Below are positions 1 to 22,890 of a stretch of DNA of 64,000 nucleotides, one piece after another (the first letter of the stretch is position 1; every line of letters begins with the position of its first letter). This stretch comes from Tubiluchus corallicola (Eukaryota > Animalia > Priapulida). The stretch covers positions 616,574-680,573 of the forward strand of contig JAQGDQ010000086.1 in NCBI GenBank assembly GCA_030141605.1, read 5' to 3'. A program made the position numbers and the translations under genes. A model generated the notes under the pieces. The model was not told the origin of the DNA and searched no databases. It worked only from the letters and a program-made list of their open reading frames with translations.

Positions 1-567
1 TAGGTTAGAGGTGGCAGTTTGATTGAGGTTTTTATAACGTGCAACAAACTTGCTTTGCAATGAGATTACTCGACCGCAGTGGTCATTAGGAGGTTACTTG
101 AATTTTACAGATGGCAAGCGAGACTGCCACTGTGAGGAGCCGCCGGACATTGGCTAGCAATTTACACGGAAGACGTCCAAATTAGTAAAGGCTACGGTAT
201 AAAGTGCTGATACGCATTTTGATGTGGTTGGCGTTGTGGACAGTTCTAGACTTCTAGTTGAATAGTGCAGTGATCTATTTTAAGTCTGTTATCTCGGCGC
301 TCGTCAAAAGGCGCTTTTCACAATAAAGCATTTAAAATAAATTAATTAAAAATTGTGTAATAATAATAACTTTGTTGATACATAACCAACCTAATATTAT
401 GCTTATGGTCAATAGTTCAAGTGGGCTGGCAGAATTTTGTATTATTTTGCCTTTTCGCCAAGTTTTAACCACAATATAAAATGTTAGTGACTGGAGAATT
501 TCTTAGCAGCATTTCACAGTAGCACGCTTTCTGTCCTTAACATTTATGTACAGATATAAAACCTTAA

Positions 568-1144
568 AGCAAAACCGGACCCAATCTTAAACTGCAGGTC
601 AAAACACTCTACTCTTCAAAATATTGAAAGCAAACATGATACTTTTTCAAAAATGACTTCCACGTTCGCGCATCTAGTTCTTCGCTGTTACGTGCATTTT
701 GTCATTCGCTAGTTAGACGGGCACTAGCGCCTGCATTTCGGCAATGCGTTGCACAAAAACAGGTGTTGTACCTCTCAGTTCAAATGTGTTAGTTTGTGAC
801 GAACTGCACAAGTTGGACAGTTCATGCGTGAGCACAGAGGTAAATTTGAAATTTGAATTTTTATCTTATAATTTGACCAGTTTTAGTACAACACACTGAA
901 TGTCTTACAGTACCACCGTAAATCAATTTTCGCTTTCGTCAACGCGTGCAACACGCTCGTGGAATATTTTTACTGTTGAAAATTATGTTAGTTTGTGATG
1001 TCATCAACAGTTGGGCTTGCCGTCAATTAAGATTTTAATCTATTATTTAACTATCAGAAACGCATTTGCAGTATTAATTGTGTTAAATGCATGCCTTTTC
1101 GGACTTGAAAATGGGTAGTATATGAAAAATCATCTTGTCTTCTT
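568..1144 (-). mobile_element. Kolobok/T2-like non-autonomous DNA element, family A
   Basis: TTAA at 564-567 and 1145-1148; family termini AGCAAAACCGGA / AGGAAGACAGGA form an imperfect 12-bp TIR (slightly eroded here); sequence recurs six times in the window. Confidence 0.8.
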
Positions 1145-1323
1145 TTAAACAATGTTTTTGACACTAAACCATCTATTCACAGTGCTGCTGTACTGTTATG
1201 TAGAGATTACACTATTGGCATAATGTACACTCAAAAAGTTGCTACTAGTTACTTACTGGGCACCCTAAAGGTACTGTAAGCCTGTAGCTAACTCTGGATT
1301 TATTACAGTCATTACATGCTTAC

Positions 1324-4142
1324 CTTTACATGTGCCTGAATGTTTGTCCATAATTGCTTTGGTTGAGATGACCTTTCCATACCTAGAACAGCAAAAAAAC
1401 AACAGAAAAACTTTAGGGAGAAAGCTTATTACAACAAATTATTATTCCCAGACACTTACTGCTGCGTGCCCGAGTATTGTTTGTATATGGTATGAAATAC
1501 ATCAGTGCACAGAGGCGTCATTTGCGACAAAATAGTGACTAGTTACTACAGGTTTAAAATACAATCTCTCGGTCCTTATTTCGTTCACACATTCATATAT
1601 CTATCAGTCTATTCATTCATTCATTATTTCGTTCAACCGTCCATTTATCTATTCGTTCATTAATTTATTCATAAAATCAAGAGAAACTCCATTTACCAGG
1701 GCAGTTTATTTATTATATACATATAGCAGAGTCAGTAAATGAATGAGTACACAATCAACCAATCAACTGATTAACCAACCAACCAATCAACCAACCAACC
1801 AAACAGCAGTTATCAAACTTGGCAAGTAACACGACACAAAGCAACTAGCTAACTGTTTTTACTCACTGTTAACAAGTAAACCAGTTAACAATCAAACATG
1901 AAACAAACAAACAGACATATAAACATGCAAACAAACAAACAGACATATAAACATGCAAACAAACAAACAAACAAAGAAACAAACAAACAAACAAACAAAC
2001 AAACAAACAAACAAACAAACAAACAAACAAATTAATTAGTAAATTAATGTAAAAACACACGCATAGAATTAAATGTAATTTTTCTTTTTATGTATAAATA
2101 TTTATACATACTCATGACTGGTTGTTAAGCTTTTGATTTTTTGTTTAAAGGACAAGAAAAGGGGTACCTGAAGTAGGATTAAAAAATTGCCTTAAAATTA
2201 TATTACTTTATAAGCAATTCTATGCATACATCGTTCTCGCGTTGAAAGGATTTTTTGTTTGTTTTCTTTTTAAATCTCCCGTAATACTGTTGCTACCGAG
2301 CCATTACATGACGTCATCACACAGCGTAAATCAGGGTAAGAAAAGGAAATGCTAAACTATGTCCCAAAACACTTTCCATGCAAAGTTATGTTACTTAGCA
2401 TTTCGCTTACCTGCTTGAAAGACTTGTGTAACTAGAAAAGGAAATTATTAATTGTTTAAAATGCTTTCACCAATTATTGGTAAAATGTCACTGACTAACC
2501 CTCCAGGGTGCACCACTCACTAATCAAAAACATATTTTTAGTCTACTTGACAAGATACAGTACTTTAAAATTTTACTTAGTTAGTGACGTGTGTGCTACG
2601 AATGCTCTAATTATTTTTTTAAACTTTACTCAGTGTTATCTAAGGTTGTTTCAGATGGCTTATTGTGAAAATGGCTGCTTCTAATGGTCATCCCGGAAGT
2701 TTAAATCAAATTTACAACTGTTATATAGCGTCACTGCCTCTGCACGTCTGAGTGGTATAAAATTTCAAGATGAATTTTTAAGCTTTATGTAAGTCGAGGG
2801 TTTCTGCTTTAAAGCAGAAAGGTATAATTGGATTAATAGACACAGGATGTTGCTAAAAAATCGGAATTTTTCTGCTTTTCTAACAGCAGTTCAGTGCGTC
2901 ATTTTTCTTGCGTCTTCACTGTGAAATAGGCCTTAGATTGATCACTGTTCTTCTGCAGTTATTGTAGTATAATCTCTTACTATACTAATCTTCCTCTGCT
3001 AACTCTGTTACTACTACAAATAACACCCAAACGCATTTTTTTGTATTCTGACCAGCGCAGTTTAGCATATCAGCATTAGGGGGTGAGCATTCTTAACCAG
3101 AAAGCGAATTCGAATCGAATTAAATTTCCGACTTTCGAATTCGAATCGAACCGAATATCAGTATTTCGAATCCGAATCTAATTCGAATTGAGTTTGAAAG
3201 ACCTTCGAGCTAGTTTTCGAACCTCTAGTAAAAAGTGTCTTTACAACGATCAAGCACGTTACTTGATTTTGTTCTGTAGTAAAATCACTATTAGTTTGTT
3301 AAAAATTTTGCACAAAAACTGCAGCTAAATTGAGCTAATTGCATGCTATTTCAAAACATTTTGATGATAAAGAACGTACGTGGCTGATTGTTGAATTATT
3401 CGAATCTGTAATTCAATTCGAACGAAAAATTATAGATTCTAACGTTCGAACGACCGATGCTTACCTCTAATCAGCATATCTCTAACTGCAACGTTTGTTT
3501 AAAAATTTTGGAATGCCCTGTATAGCTGCGTTGTTTACTGATTGTTGTATCGTTTAAGACGTTTACAGTTCTTAGGTGACGCTAATTAGTTAATGATCTT
3601 CAGTTCACACCATAGATATATCCACAGTATCTCTGATTTCAACAAAGCAGCCATCCATGTCATAAAATAATTAACAACTATTCCAGAATTGGCACAATGA
3701 CAAATTTTAAAGGCGCCATAAAAGTGGGGTGACAAGAGGCGCATTTACGTTTTTAAGAGCTACGAAAGAGAAAGGTTGAATCAGCTCACAATCATCAAAC
3801 GAAAAAATTTACGTATAAAAATATGCATCAAAACTTCACATTTTATGCTATCAAAAGTGTTCGAAAAACGTAATTATGCATTACTTTGGGCGCTCTTGGC
3901 GGTTCTTATTGATTAACATTGAACATGGACCCTTCTAACCCCCGGCTCCTGCAACTGCATGGAGTGCGTAATGACTGTGCTTATCTGTCTAGCTCTAGTG
4001 ATAGTGCGCTACTAATCTAAGCAAATAAATAAATGAAAAAATAAATCTTGTGGCAGACAGACAGTTAGAAGGACGGACGGACGGACAGACAGACGGACGG
4101 ACGGACGGTCGGTCGGTCGGTCGGTCGGTCAGTCAGACAGAC

Positions 4143-4177
<35 letters not shown>

Positions 4178-5932
4178 TAGATAGACACAGGGCAGACAGA
4201 CAGAAGGCAGACCAGGAACCAAACAAAAGCAAACAAGTTGGCTAACAATTCCCTATCGGGCAAATCTGTTTTCTGTAGAACATTTATAGATACATTTAGA
4301 CCAATTAACAAGAGAATTTAATAAAAATGTTGTAAATTCGTAAGGTACTTACTGTTTACACATATTATACAGATCAGCATCAGTTGTAGACGCTAGAAGA
4401 CCTCTAATGTACAGATTTGTCGTACTCAATGCTTCTCCACTACCTTCACTGGTTGATGACATATTACAAGGACCTCGAACGCAGTACTGAAATAGTATAC
4501 ACTGCTAATGCAATCTGTTTTTACAATTATTACACTGCTAATGTTTTATCTTATTTAAACAAGAATCTGCAACATTTTCAAAAATTTGTGAAATTGTCAC
4601 ATTTAAAAAAATATGTACCAAGTTCACGCAAAACACAATTAACAGTATAACGAAAACTGAGTTAATAATTGCACTCATGTGTTGAAGCAATGAAAACAGT
4701 AAATTTCGTTCAACATAGCTGACTCTGTTGCTACCACAGGTAAACAAAACGTTCATGTCAGCTTGCGTAGACTTTAAAAGTTTTTATCTGCACAATAAAA
4801 GTTTGGCAAAATATAATTTGCCCTGCGGGGGGGGGACCGTTTCCATTAGAGTTCAGCACAAGATCAGCACAGATCAATTTCGCTATTACACCAAGCATTA
4901 ATGAATTACTCATTCAAACACGTAAAAGATGGTAGAAAAAAAACGATGCACTCGAGTTCTGAAGCTTCATTTTTGATAACTCGTCCCTAGATATCTAATA
5001 GAGGTACGAAGCTCACTTCCCATGCGCGAGGTTGCGGGTTCAAGATCATACCTAACTAAACACTAGTCAAAGCAGCATGCTGATAGATCTACTAATAAGC
5101 ATTGTTATGTAGGATTTAGTTTGTTAAACTTTACTGAAAACTACTAGTTGGTTATGTTTAGCTTTTGAGCTTACGTTAATTGTTGAGTGCGAAACTGACT
5201 TTAAAATAAAAGAGATTTATCGTTGTTGGTATATAATTAACACACGTACATTACATAAACGAGTATTAATAACTCTTTACACAACTGTATCTAGATTTTA
5301 CATAAACAATAAACCATTCCTAGTACGAAAGATTGATTCCAAAAAAACACAATAATCTCGCATAATTCGATACCTCGACTACTCATTATACAGACAAACT
5401 GAGCATTGTTATTTGTTATGACAGTAAACACAGGAAACAACTTTTAAATACTATTAAAAAACGTCAATCAATCAACCTGATAACGTGGACATTTCACAAC
5501 TAACTGCATTTCTTTCGTTAAGGTCACAGTAATTACAAAATCGCGCTCAGGTATTTTATACGGTTTATGGTACAGGCTAGATTCAATGGCCAATTTACGA
5601 GCGTTTATCCTAAATTTGGTATAGTTTATTACAGCCTGCTTTGCTGTTAAGTGATAAATAATTTCGGCTAGTTTTCAAGTAGGCATTCTTTTTTACAGGC
5701 GATGTTATTTTGTTTTGTTTTGTTTCTCATTTTATTTTGAGCTTCTCCTCTATCCGTAAGTATATTGTCATTAATTGTTAGAAGACAGGTAGAAGATTGC
5801 ATAATGAGCTACAGAGGCCCGACACTGCAATTTGTCTATTAGAAAACAACGAATTACTCAACAACGAAAAACAAAAAGAAAAGCAAAGCCACTTACCGAA
5901 TGCGTGTGATGTGTACAACCTGGACAAAACAT
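1324..5932 (-). CDS. RBMS: RBMS1/2/3 - alan shepard (shep)/SUP-26 family RRM RNA-binding protein, 5' part (gene continues past left edge)
   Basis: Minus-strand exons with GT-AG ends: 5932-5897 (MFCPGCTHHTHS, donor gtaagt; less certain), 4486-4353 (YCVRGPCNMSSTSEGSGEALSTTNLYIRGLLASTTDADLYNMCK, acceptor tatttcag, donor gtaagt), 1382-1324 (59 nt, QYGKVISTKAIMDKHSGTCKG, acceptor gttctag, donor gtaagc). The spliced product matches RBMS RRM1 (LSKTNLYIRGL..TTD.DL...C..YGKIVSTKAILDK....CKG). Phases are compatible. Confidence 0.88.
1895..2030. repeat. (AAAC)n microsatellite
   Basis: Direct reading. Confidence 0.95.
2149..2808 (+). mobile_element. Kolobok/T2-like element, family B
   Basis: TTAA-AGGACAAGAAAA start, TTTCTGCT-TTAA end; core (tcccaaaa..caaagttat..cttacctgcttgaaagac..ccagggtgcaccact) recurs at 6399, 34135, 35860, 56199 and 61222. 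Confidence 0.7.
3077..3469. mobile_element. hAT-like MITE
   Basis: Perfect 8-bp TSD ATCAGCAT (3069-3076, 3470-3477); TIR TAGGGGGTGAGCAT / ATGCTTACCTCTA; many subterminal TTCGAA motifs. Confidence 0.85.
4055..4210. repeat. Compound (GGAC)n(GGTC)n(AGAC)n microsatellite
   Basis: Direct reading. Confidence 0.9.
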
Positions 5933-6398
5933 CGAGCAGCTGATATTCCCGCTAGAAACGCAGAAAATCCGTGGCGTATCAACGCGCTTAAGTAATGAGT
6001 TGCGTAATCACAAATTTGGAAACCACTAATTACCACTCAACCAAACCAGAGCCCAGGCGGAATACCACGTGTTATACCGCCATAAGAATGAAGGACAACA
6101 CAAGCGAGTTCAAGAGTGACGCTCCGGTTTTGTATTTGGGTTATTGCTGCTCTTATTCCCAGGCCGAGCTGGCAACAGTGCAGGCTCCAGGAAGGCGCGT
6201 GCCGGTGCTTCGTACCACCCACCAAACACATGTACAAGCTGCGTTGATGATCTGTTGACATCTGATAAAATTTAAAACCCAGATAAGTACACTCGTATCT
6301 ATTGTGTGGCGCGTAGAGAGGCCAATGAGGTCGCTTACGTGATGCTTGTTTACAAGCCTCATAATGATTGTAACTGCCCTTGAAATACATTGCATTAA

Positions 6399-6590
6399 AG
6401 GGGAAGAAAAGTCAATTTAAAATATATCCCAAAGAACTTCCTATACAAAGTTATATTATTTAGTAGCACCCTTACCTGCTATGAAGTCTGATGAATTGAA
6501 AAAAAATTCTTAATAATTTAAAATGTTTGCGCTATCCGGTAAACCGACATTGTATCATCTTCCCAGTGTGCACTGCTGGCTTACCAAAGT
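6399..6590 (+). mobile_element. Family B element, truncated
   Basis: TTAA-AGGGGAAGAAAA terminus plus family B core. Confidence 0.6.
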
Positions 6591-6695
6591 TATGTCAATT
6601 ACTACTGTTTTGTTACTGTATTGCTGGGCCTACTGTCCCGTGGTCAATGAATTTAACAAACTAACTAACTTCAAGGATAGACCAAAAAGCCTTAA

Positions 6696-7278
6696 AGCAA
6701 AATGGGTCCAATCTTAAACTGTAGGTCAAAACAATGTAGTCCTTAAAATATGGAAAGGAAACATAATACTTTTTCAGAAATGACTTATGTGAAAGGATTA
6801 TTACCGAACAAACACAATTTCATGTTCGCGCCACTAGTTCTTCGCTGTTACATGCATTTTTCCATTCGCTAGTTAGACGGGAACGCATTGCACGAAAAAC
6901 AGGTGCTGTATCTCTCAGTTCAGATGTGTTAGTTTGTGACGCACTACACACGTTCGACAGCTCATGCGTGAACACGTCAATTTGAAATTTGACTCTTCAT
7001 CTTAAAACTTAACTAGTTTTAGTACAGCACCCTGAATAGCTTAAAGTAGCACTGTACTTCAATTTTTGCTTTTGCGAACACGTACAACATGCTCGTGGAA
7101 CATTTTTGCTGTTGAAAATTATGTTAGTTTGTGATGTCATCAACAGTTGTGCTCGCCCTCCGTTAATTAAGTTTTTAATCTATTATTTAATTATCAGAAA
7201 CGGTTTTGCAGTATTAAGTGTGGACTTTTTATCGGACTTGAAAATGGTGTAGTATATGAAAAATCATCCTGTCTTCCT
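6696..7278 (-). mobile_element. Kolobok/T2-like element, family A
   Basis: TTAA at 6692-6695 and 7279-7282; high similarity to 568-1144. Confidence 0.8.
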
Positions 7279-7699
7279 TTAATAAAAAACTTTAAATCAA
7301 AAGAGTCGATTTTGCAGCGTTCAAGCTACGTTGGCGTTTCAACGTACTTTTTCGATACAATTTCAGATGAAATGATTTGACATAATTACTGATTAGTTCG
7401 GAAAGGAGTGGTTTTTCCGGCGCGTGTTAGGTGGCAGATTAATTAATTTTGAACAATTTGTATTGAAGATAATTAGAAAATCTAGATAACATCAAATGTG
7501 CGCAATTAATATTAAAATAATTTGACACTTTGACTTTAAAATGCAGTAATCAGTTTGTTATACTGATAAATTTCTTACCTTATTGGAGAGCTATGGCTAT
7601 TACTTTTTGTTTAAACAATTCTTTGGTTTTGAATTAGTTAAAGCATCTTTTTTTAAATGTATGATTAAATTTATTCGTTTTGGTTTCAACACAAACTAG

Positions 7700-8080
7700 T
7701 TCGACTTGAAGTATTGGTCAAAGGCGCTATTTTGAATTTAAGATAGCAAATAGAAAATCCAGCTCTGCCAATCGATGCGGAATTCATTCTGGTATATTTC
7801 CATAACTTTCATAACGATACATTGTAAATTTGCTGAGCGTTTGGCTTTTTTTCGAAAACAACAAATAATCCAAAACAATTTTTCGCCCTCATTTTTAATT
7901 CAAAATGGCGGTCCGTCAATCGACGGGACACTCTGACATACTCCTAAAAAGTTTTATGACGATCCGCTGCTAATTTGTAGAGCCTTGGGCCGCCCCACAA
8001 CAACAAGAACAGGAAAAAGACAACAAGAACAACATCCAGATGAGTAGTGAATTGGATAGACCTCGATCAAAAACTAAAAG
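7700..8080 (+). mobile_element. Helentron/HINE-like non-autonomous repeat (related reverse copy at about 29060-29270)
   Basis: attcaaaatggcgg, ttttatgacgatcc, (CAA)-rich microsatellite, then gagtag...gatcaaaaa end; reverse-complement homologue in channel 2 intron 2. Class assignment is inferred. Confidence 0.4.
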
Positions 8081-8769
8081 TAGGTTTTGACGACTTTCAC
8101 GACTAGCACGCTAAGAAATGATATCGACCTTGCCTATTAATATGGTGCACTTACATTGTGTCTATTGGTGACCCCCGCTCCATCTAATAAATTTGATAAA
8201 CCTTTACTAAAACGGACAAATATTTTTAGTGAAGCCCTTAATGGGTTGTTGTTACTTACAAATTCTATTAGCAGGAAGGGGCGGTATTTAAAATATTAGC
8301 TCGTGAAATTTCTGCGAATTTAAAAATGGCTTCCGAAGAGGTACTCCAGTTAAATGAATTCAAGACTCACCCTCTTAAACTTACAAAAAAGCTTTCTATT
8401 ACACTATTATACCACATTTTCTTGAATATGTTGTTCTGGCAACATGAGTTTTTTGGTACTCTGTTCATTTATTGTTTTTTTGTGCACTTTGTTTAAATTG
8501 TGACCTTCTCAAGGATAAACTGACTGCTTGCATGTTATACAGAGAAAATGAGCTGTATTATTTGTGGCGTACTTTATCACCATTACTACATAATGAAAAG
8601 GGTTATGGTTATTAACTGTATTCATATTTGCCTGAATAAGCGTAGCTGTAAAAGCCTAATATTGATTGTAGTTTTTGTTCTGTATCCACCCAAATAAGTA
8701 CAATTGTTGTGCAATTAATGGACTTCCGCTTGTCGATAGGCTTTTAGGCATAACTATTCATTTAAACTG

Positions 8770-8945
8770 ATGTTCACTAATTTTTGTACCGACTTACGGA
8801 TACTATTACCTGGTGTAATAAATACATAAATTAGTCACAATTGCGACCAAGAGATACGAAAAGATAGCAACACTTTGTTGCCACAAACGAGGAATAATAT
8901 TACTTTGATCACGTGATAATACGTCATCCGGGATGTGCAATGTTT
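8770..8945 (+). promoter_or_regulatory. Conserved upstream block of channel 1 with E-box TCACGTGA (8909-8916) and CRE-like TACGTCA (8920-8926)
   Basis: Aligns by eye with 24965-25140 upstream of paralogue 2, about 650 bp before the ATG. Function is inferred. Confidence 0.55.
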
Positions 8946-9557
8946 CTCAGGTTGGCATGTATAGGAAGCCCTTTCGTTGACCCCGGCAGCGAAAGCTTTC
9001 ATAAGTAGTTATAACTAACTGGAATAGCCTGTACGTTCACTTTGGCTACATTAATTAGTGCTGGATAGTGAACAGTGATCATAGTTAAATTAATGTTTAT
9101 ACATCGGCAGATGATCTACATTTTTTGATAATTATGAAGAAAGCAGTGAATCAACGTTTTGAATCTTTACATTAGCTGATCTTTGATTCAATAACTCGGT
9201 AACTTTAATTCAACTAACTTTGGTTCCGTAATTTAGTAACTTTGATTCAAACTAACTTTCATTTAGTAATTCAACAACTTTGGTTCAACTAACTCTGGTT
9301 CAGTAACTCATTTGCAAGTAACATCGTGAATCTAATATTTGATAACGTCAGAAGTGAATACTCAGCTAGTTTGCGTGCATCATCCGTCACAGATTAGCAG
9401 CAGATAAGACAATTTATCTTTAGTTTGGCAACATCAACCAGAATTTTCAATTCGTCATCGAGTTTAGTTTCTTTATGCCAACAACTGACCTGGAGTTAGT
9501 TGCACCAACCCCTGTTACATCAACTTAGTATGGAAGTTGGGATGGGATGATAGAAAG

Positions 9558-19427
<9,870 letters not shown>

Positions 19428-19696
19428 TTACTTTAATGTTTTGATGATGTTTAGCGTGTGTATTACATATTAGCGAACAGATTTAAGTATCACTTGACTC
19501 TAATAGCGCTTGTGTATTTGAAATTTTTAACAAGTCTAAGTTACGCAGAACAGCAGCTTATGAATTCAGTTGAAACATCGGGCTTCATATCTGCGGAAAA
19601 CTCTGTTTGAAAATGGTTTCACAAAAAACTACAGCCTCACCAGATTTAACTGAAGCATCGATCGATCATCATCAAGCTTCTATCATCTAACATAGT

Positions 19697-20080
19697 AATA
19701 AGCCTTTTCACAGTTCCAGCGTTTGATGTTGATCGTGCAAATGTCAAAGGTTAAATGTACCAGGTAACGCCTATGTGTACACTTGACAGCGCCTCGCAGC
19801 CCATGCTGTTGTAATAGTAACAGTTTTAACAGCTAGATAGAAACTTACCTAGTTCATTTTTTATTGTTTCCAAGCAAGATCCTACTAGTAAATCACTCTA
19901 CACACAGACTAATGCATTATTAAGTAAAGTCCGCGTAAAACAACTGAAGTACTGAACTAATGTTTTGCGTTACTCACATGTCACGTGACGATTGTAGTTA
20001 GAACACGTTGCTGTGGTACACTTAACCTTTAACCTACAGTAACCGCGCGTGAGCACAACGAAACTATGAAAAGGCTTATT
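19697..20080. mobile_element. MITE with long imperfect TIRs, 270 bp after channel 1 stop
   Basis: AATAAGCCTTTTCACAGTT vs AACTATGAAAAGGCTTATT (18/19), plus inner inverted match aaaggttaaatgtacca / tggtacacttaaccttt. Confidence 0.75.
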
Positions 20081-22189
20081 CTCTCTGAAACATCTGTTAT
20101 AGCTGCTGCATCACCTACTATCACAATGATTATTAACAGTATATAATTTACATTATACATATTATTTAAAAATAGTATTTATCGCAAAGCACACCAACCT
20201 CCTTCTCTCTCCATTCCTTGCACTATTTTTTCTCAAACAATGTGTTACTTCTAACCTTGTTTTATTAGCGATTTTTCACATGTTCAGAAAGCTTTTACAA
20301 GCTCGAGGCTTCTCTAGCTTTCTGCAGTAGAGTAGACTGGACCTGAATAATATGTAAATTGTTGCTGGATATTACATGAATTACTTTATTATTTTGTGTT
20401 ATATTTTATTTTTGTATATGTTTTATACTGTTGTACTTGATGTGAAAAATAAATTATAACAAATTAAAAAAGTAGAAAATTAGTTATAAGAATTCTAGTT
20501 CTCTAAACTTTAAAATTTTATGCATATCTTCATGTTTCTGCTGCAGTCATCGAGTAGCTTCTGCTTAAGCCGATTCGAACTGAAAAAAAAGAATAAAATA
20601 AAATAATAATAATGTAATAAAAATGAAAAAAAAACAGTTGTTTTCAAGTTGTTTTTGCTGCTTTCACAATTTTTTGTAATTCTGTGAAGTTATTTACCTA
20701 TCTACGTGAATTTTCATTATTAGGTAGGCTAAAATTGCTGATTTTTGAGATCTTGTTTGGCTAATCGCTGTACCTTTAAACACAAGTGACCACATTGGTT
20801 CTAAACGTAATGGAGCGCTATAACCTAGAACTTATTGTACATTGTACATTTTAGTTTCAAGAAAGCTACCCTCTTGATGTACTTGTTTAAATTGTTAAGT
20901 TTAACTAGGATTATAGCATTATAAATCTGTGAAAATTTCATTCGTATTATTACTAAATAGCTTGTACTCACATGCTATATATACTGTAATATCAGTTTTG
21001 TTAATTGCGGTTGTATTATTTGATATAGCTTGTGTTGTTAAAACATGTATTTCATGTATATTTGGTGGATTTGATTAAAACGCTCTGCTTTATACTTTAT
21101 AACATCTTGATGTAAAGCATGTTTGTCGCGGTGTGCAGCGCACCCTGCAGTGACGATCGCTAGGGGACGCTACACGCGCACCAGTTTAAAAACTTCCTGT
21201 CATTTTTACGCTTCTCCGCGAGCGGCCGTGTCGGCCACGCCGTGGATAAGCAAAGTAGCTGCTTCTTTGGGATTTTAATTATCGTTACTATTGGCTTCTA
21301 GTCTTAGTTAATTGTCTGACCTGAAGTTATGCTTTGTTGATATGTCAATTTTCGCTAGTGTTTCGCTGCTGTCCTATCAACAACATCATACCAAGCTATA
21401 AAACGAAAAGTCCACTTAATACACTTGCACCGGCATATACTTTTATAGAAAAAATGTCCTACTATGACTTTGAGCTGATTTTAGACATTTTTGAACTTTC
21501 GGTAATTTTTGCGAGTTGTCTATAAATACTGTACATTACATAGACCTGACTGTTATTGTGGATGCGCTCAGTCCAGGCAAAGAAACGGTAAAAATCAGCA
21601 TTGAACTGTGCGATAGACCTGCACTTTATTAAAATAACAGATCACAAAGGTCATTACTATTTAGACAAAATGAAAAATTAGATTTAAGAAGACTGAAACA
21701 CAAATTATTACTTTATTTTTCCAGAGATTTGAAGCAATTCTAACGAATTTAAATTATTAACTAATTATTAAACTAGATAATGATTTACATTTACTGGTAA
21801 CAAGTTTGGCTTGAAAATACGACTATTGACTGTTAAATTGTAACAAAATAGACAAAGCAATGCAAGTATCACCAAACGGCATGACCAGCATAGCGGCAAC
21901 AGAAAATCTAACTATGTGTAGAAACAAGTGTGATTGATAAGTGGCGTATACAACTAAAGCTTAGGTCACGTGATTAAGACAGGAAATGCATATTTGTAAA
22001 AATGCAAAAAAACAAATAATTATAGAAGACTAAATTAAATTGCTTGACACTGACAATTACAATTGGCCACATTGGTGAAATTAAAAGTGCACATCAGTAA
22101 ATGGCTTGCTATTGCATGACATGTCGCAACAGTGAAGCAGCTTAAAAATAATCTTTGTAGCCATAGGGCAGCAGGAATCCTTCACTTAA

Positions 22190-22630
22190 GTCCACTCCAT
22201 TGTATTCAAAGGCTACTCCAGGTATATCGGAAGAAGATAGGATCCGATGGACTCGTTGTAGGTTATCCGCTTATAGACTTATAGAAACTGGAAGATGGAG
22301 GCACAGACCAAGACGTATGCGCATACGTAACTGTGCACTGGGTGTTGACGGGGCAGTTCAAGATGATGAGCACGTGCTATGTCATTGTCAAAAAACTGCA
22401 TTTGTCAGAAACAAGACTGTTTTAACGATAATAACAAGGACTCTTTATTAAATATTTTCACTCACCAGGATACTAAGGAAGTTATCAGTTTTGCGTCTGT
22501 TTGTTTCAAGTTATTTTAATTGTTACGTGATGAATTTGTTTATTCTTCTTGTTGGACTATTTTCCTCTTTGATAAGTTCTTACCCTGTATAATTGTAGCT
22601 ATTAGTCAATAAATCTAATCTAATCTAATA
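22190..22630 (+). mobile_element. Decayed non-LTR retrotransposon 3' end (RTE-X-like)
   Basis: RIRWTRCRLSAYRLIETGRW...R..C...VQDDEHVLCHC; tail aataaa(tctaa)n at about 22608-22630. Confidence 0.7.
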
Positions 22631-22890
22631 GAAGCAGGCCAAAACCAAAGCCTCCCTCGACCTCCTAATTTTCTCGTTTAGCTTTGTTAGTACAAACCCC
22701 CATATCTCGTCCCAGTGACCTCATCAGCATTAGTGCACAATTGCACCAAAGTCAATATGGTCTTGTACCCATCTTTGAAGACCCAACACACATATTACAA
22801 ACAAACATACCTGGCTTAATAAATACTAATGATTTATTCGTGTTTTTGTCACGGTCGTGTTTAGCAGATTAAAACGAATAGCCATTTAAC

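Noticed and set aside
5995-6395. Three overlapping ORFs of 80-117 aa
   Set aside because: No homology recognised; more likely the GC-richer 5' UTR/promoter of the RBMS-like gene.
9537-9557. ORF-track start MGWDDRK for channel 1
   Set aside because: Begins at TTG; the paralogue aligns from ATG 9558. An unseen upstream exon cannot be excluded.
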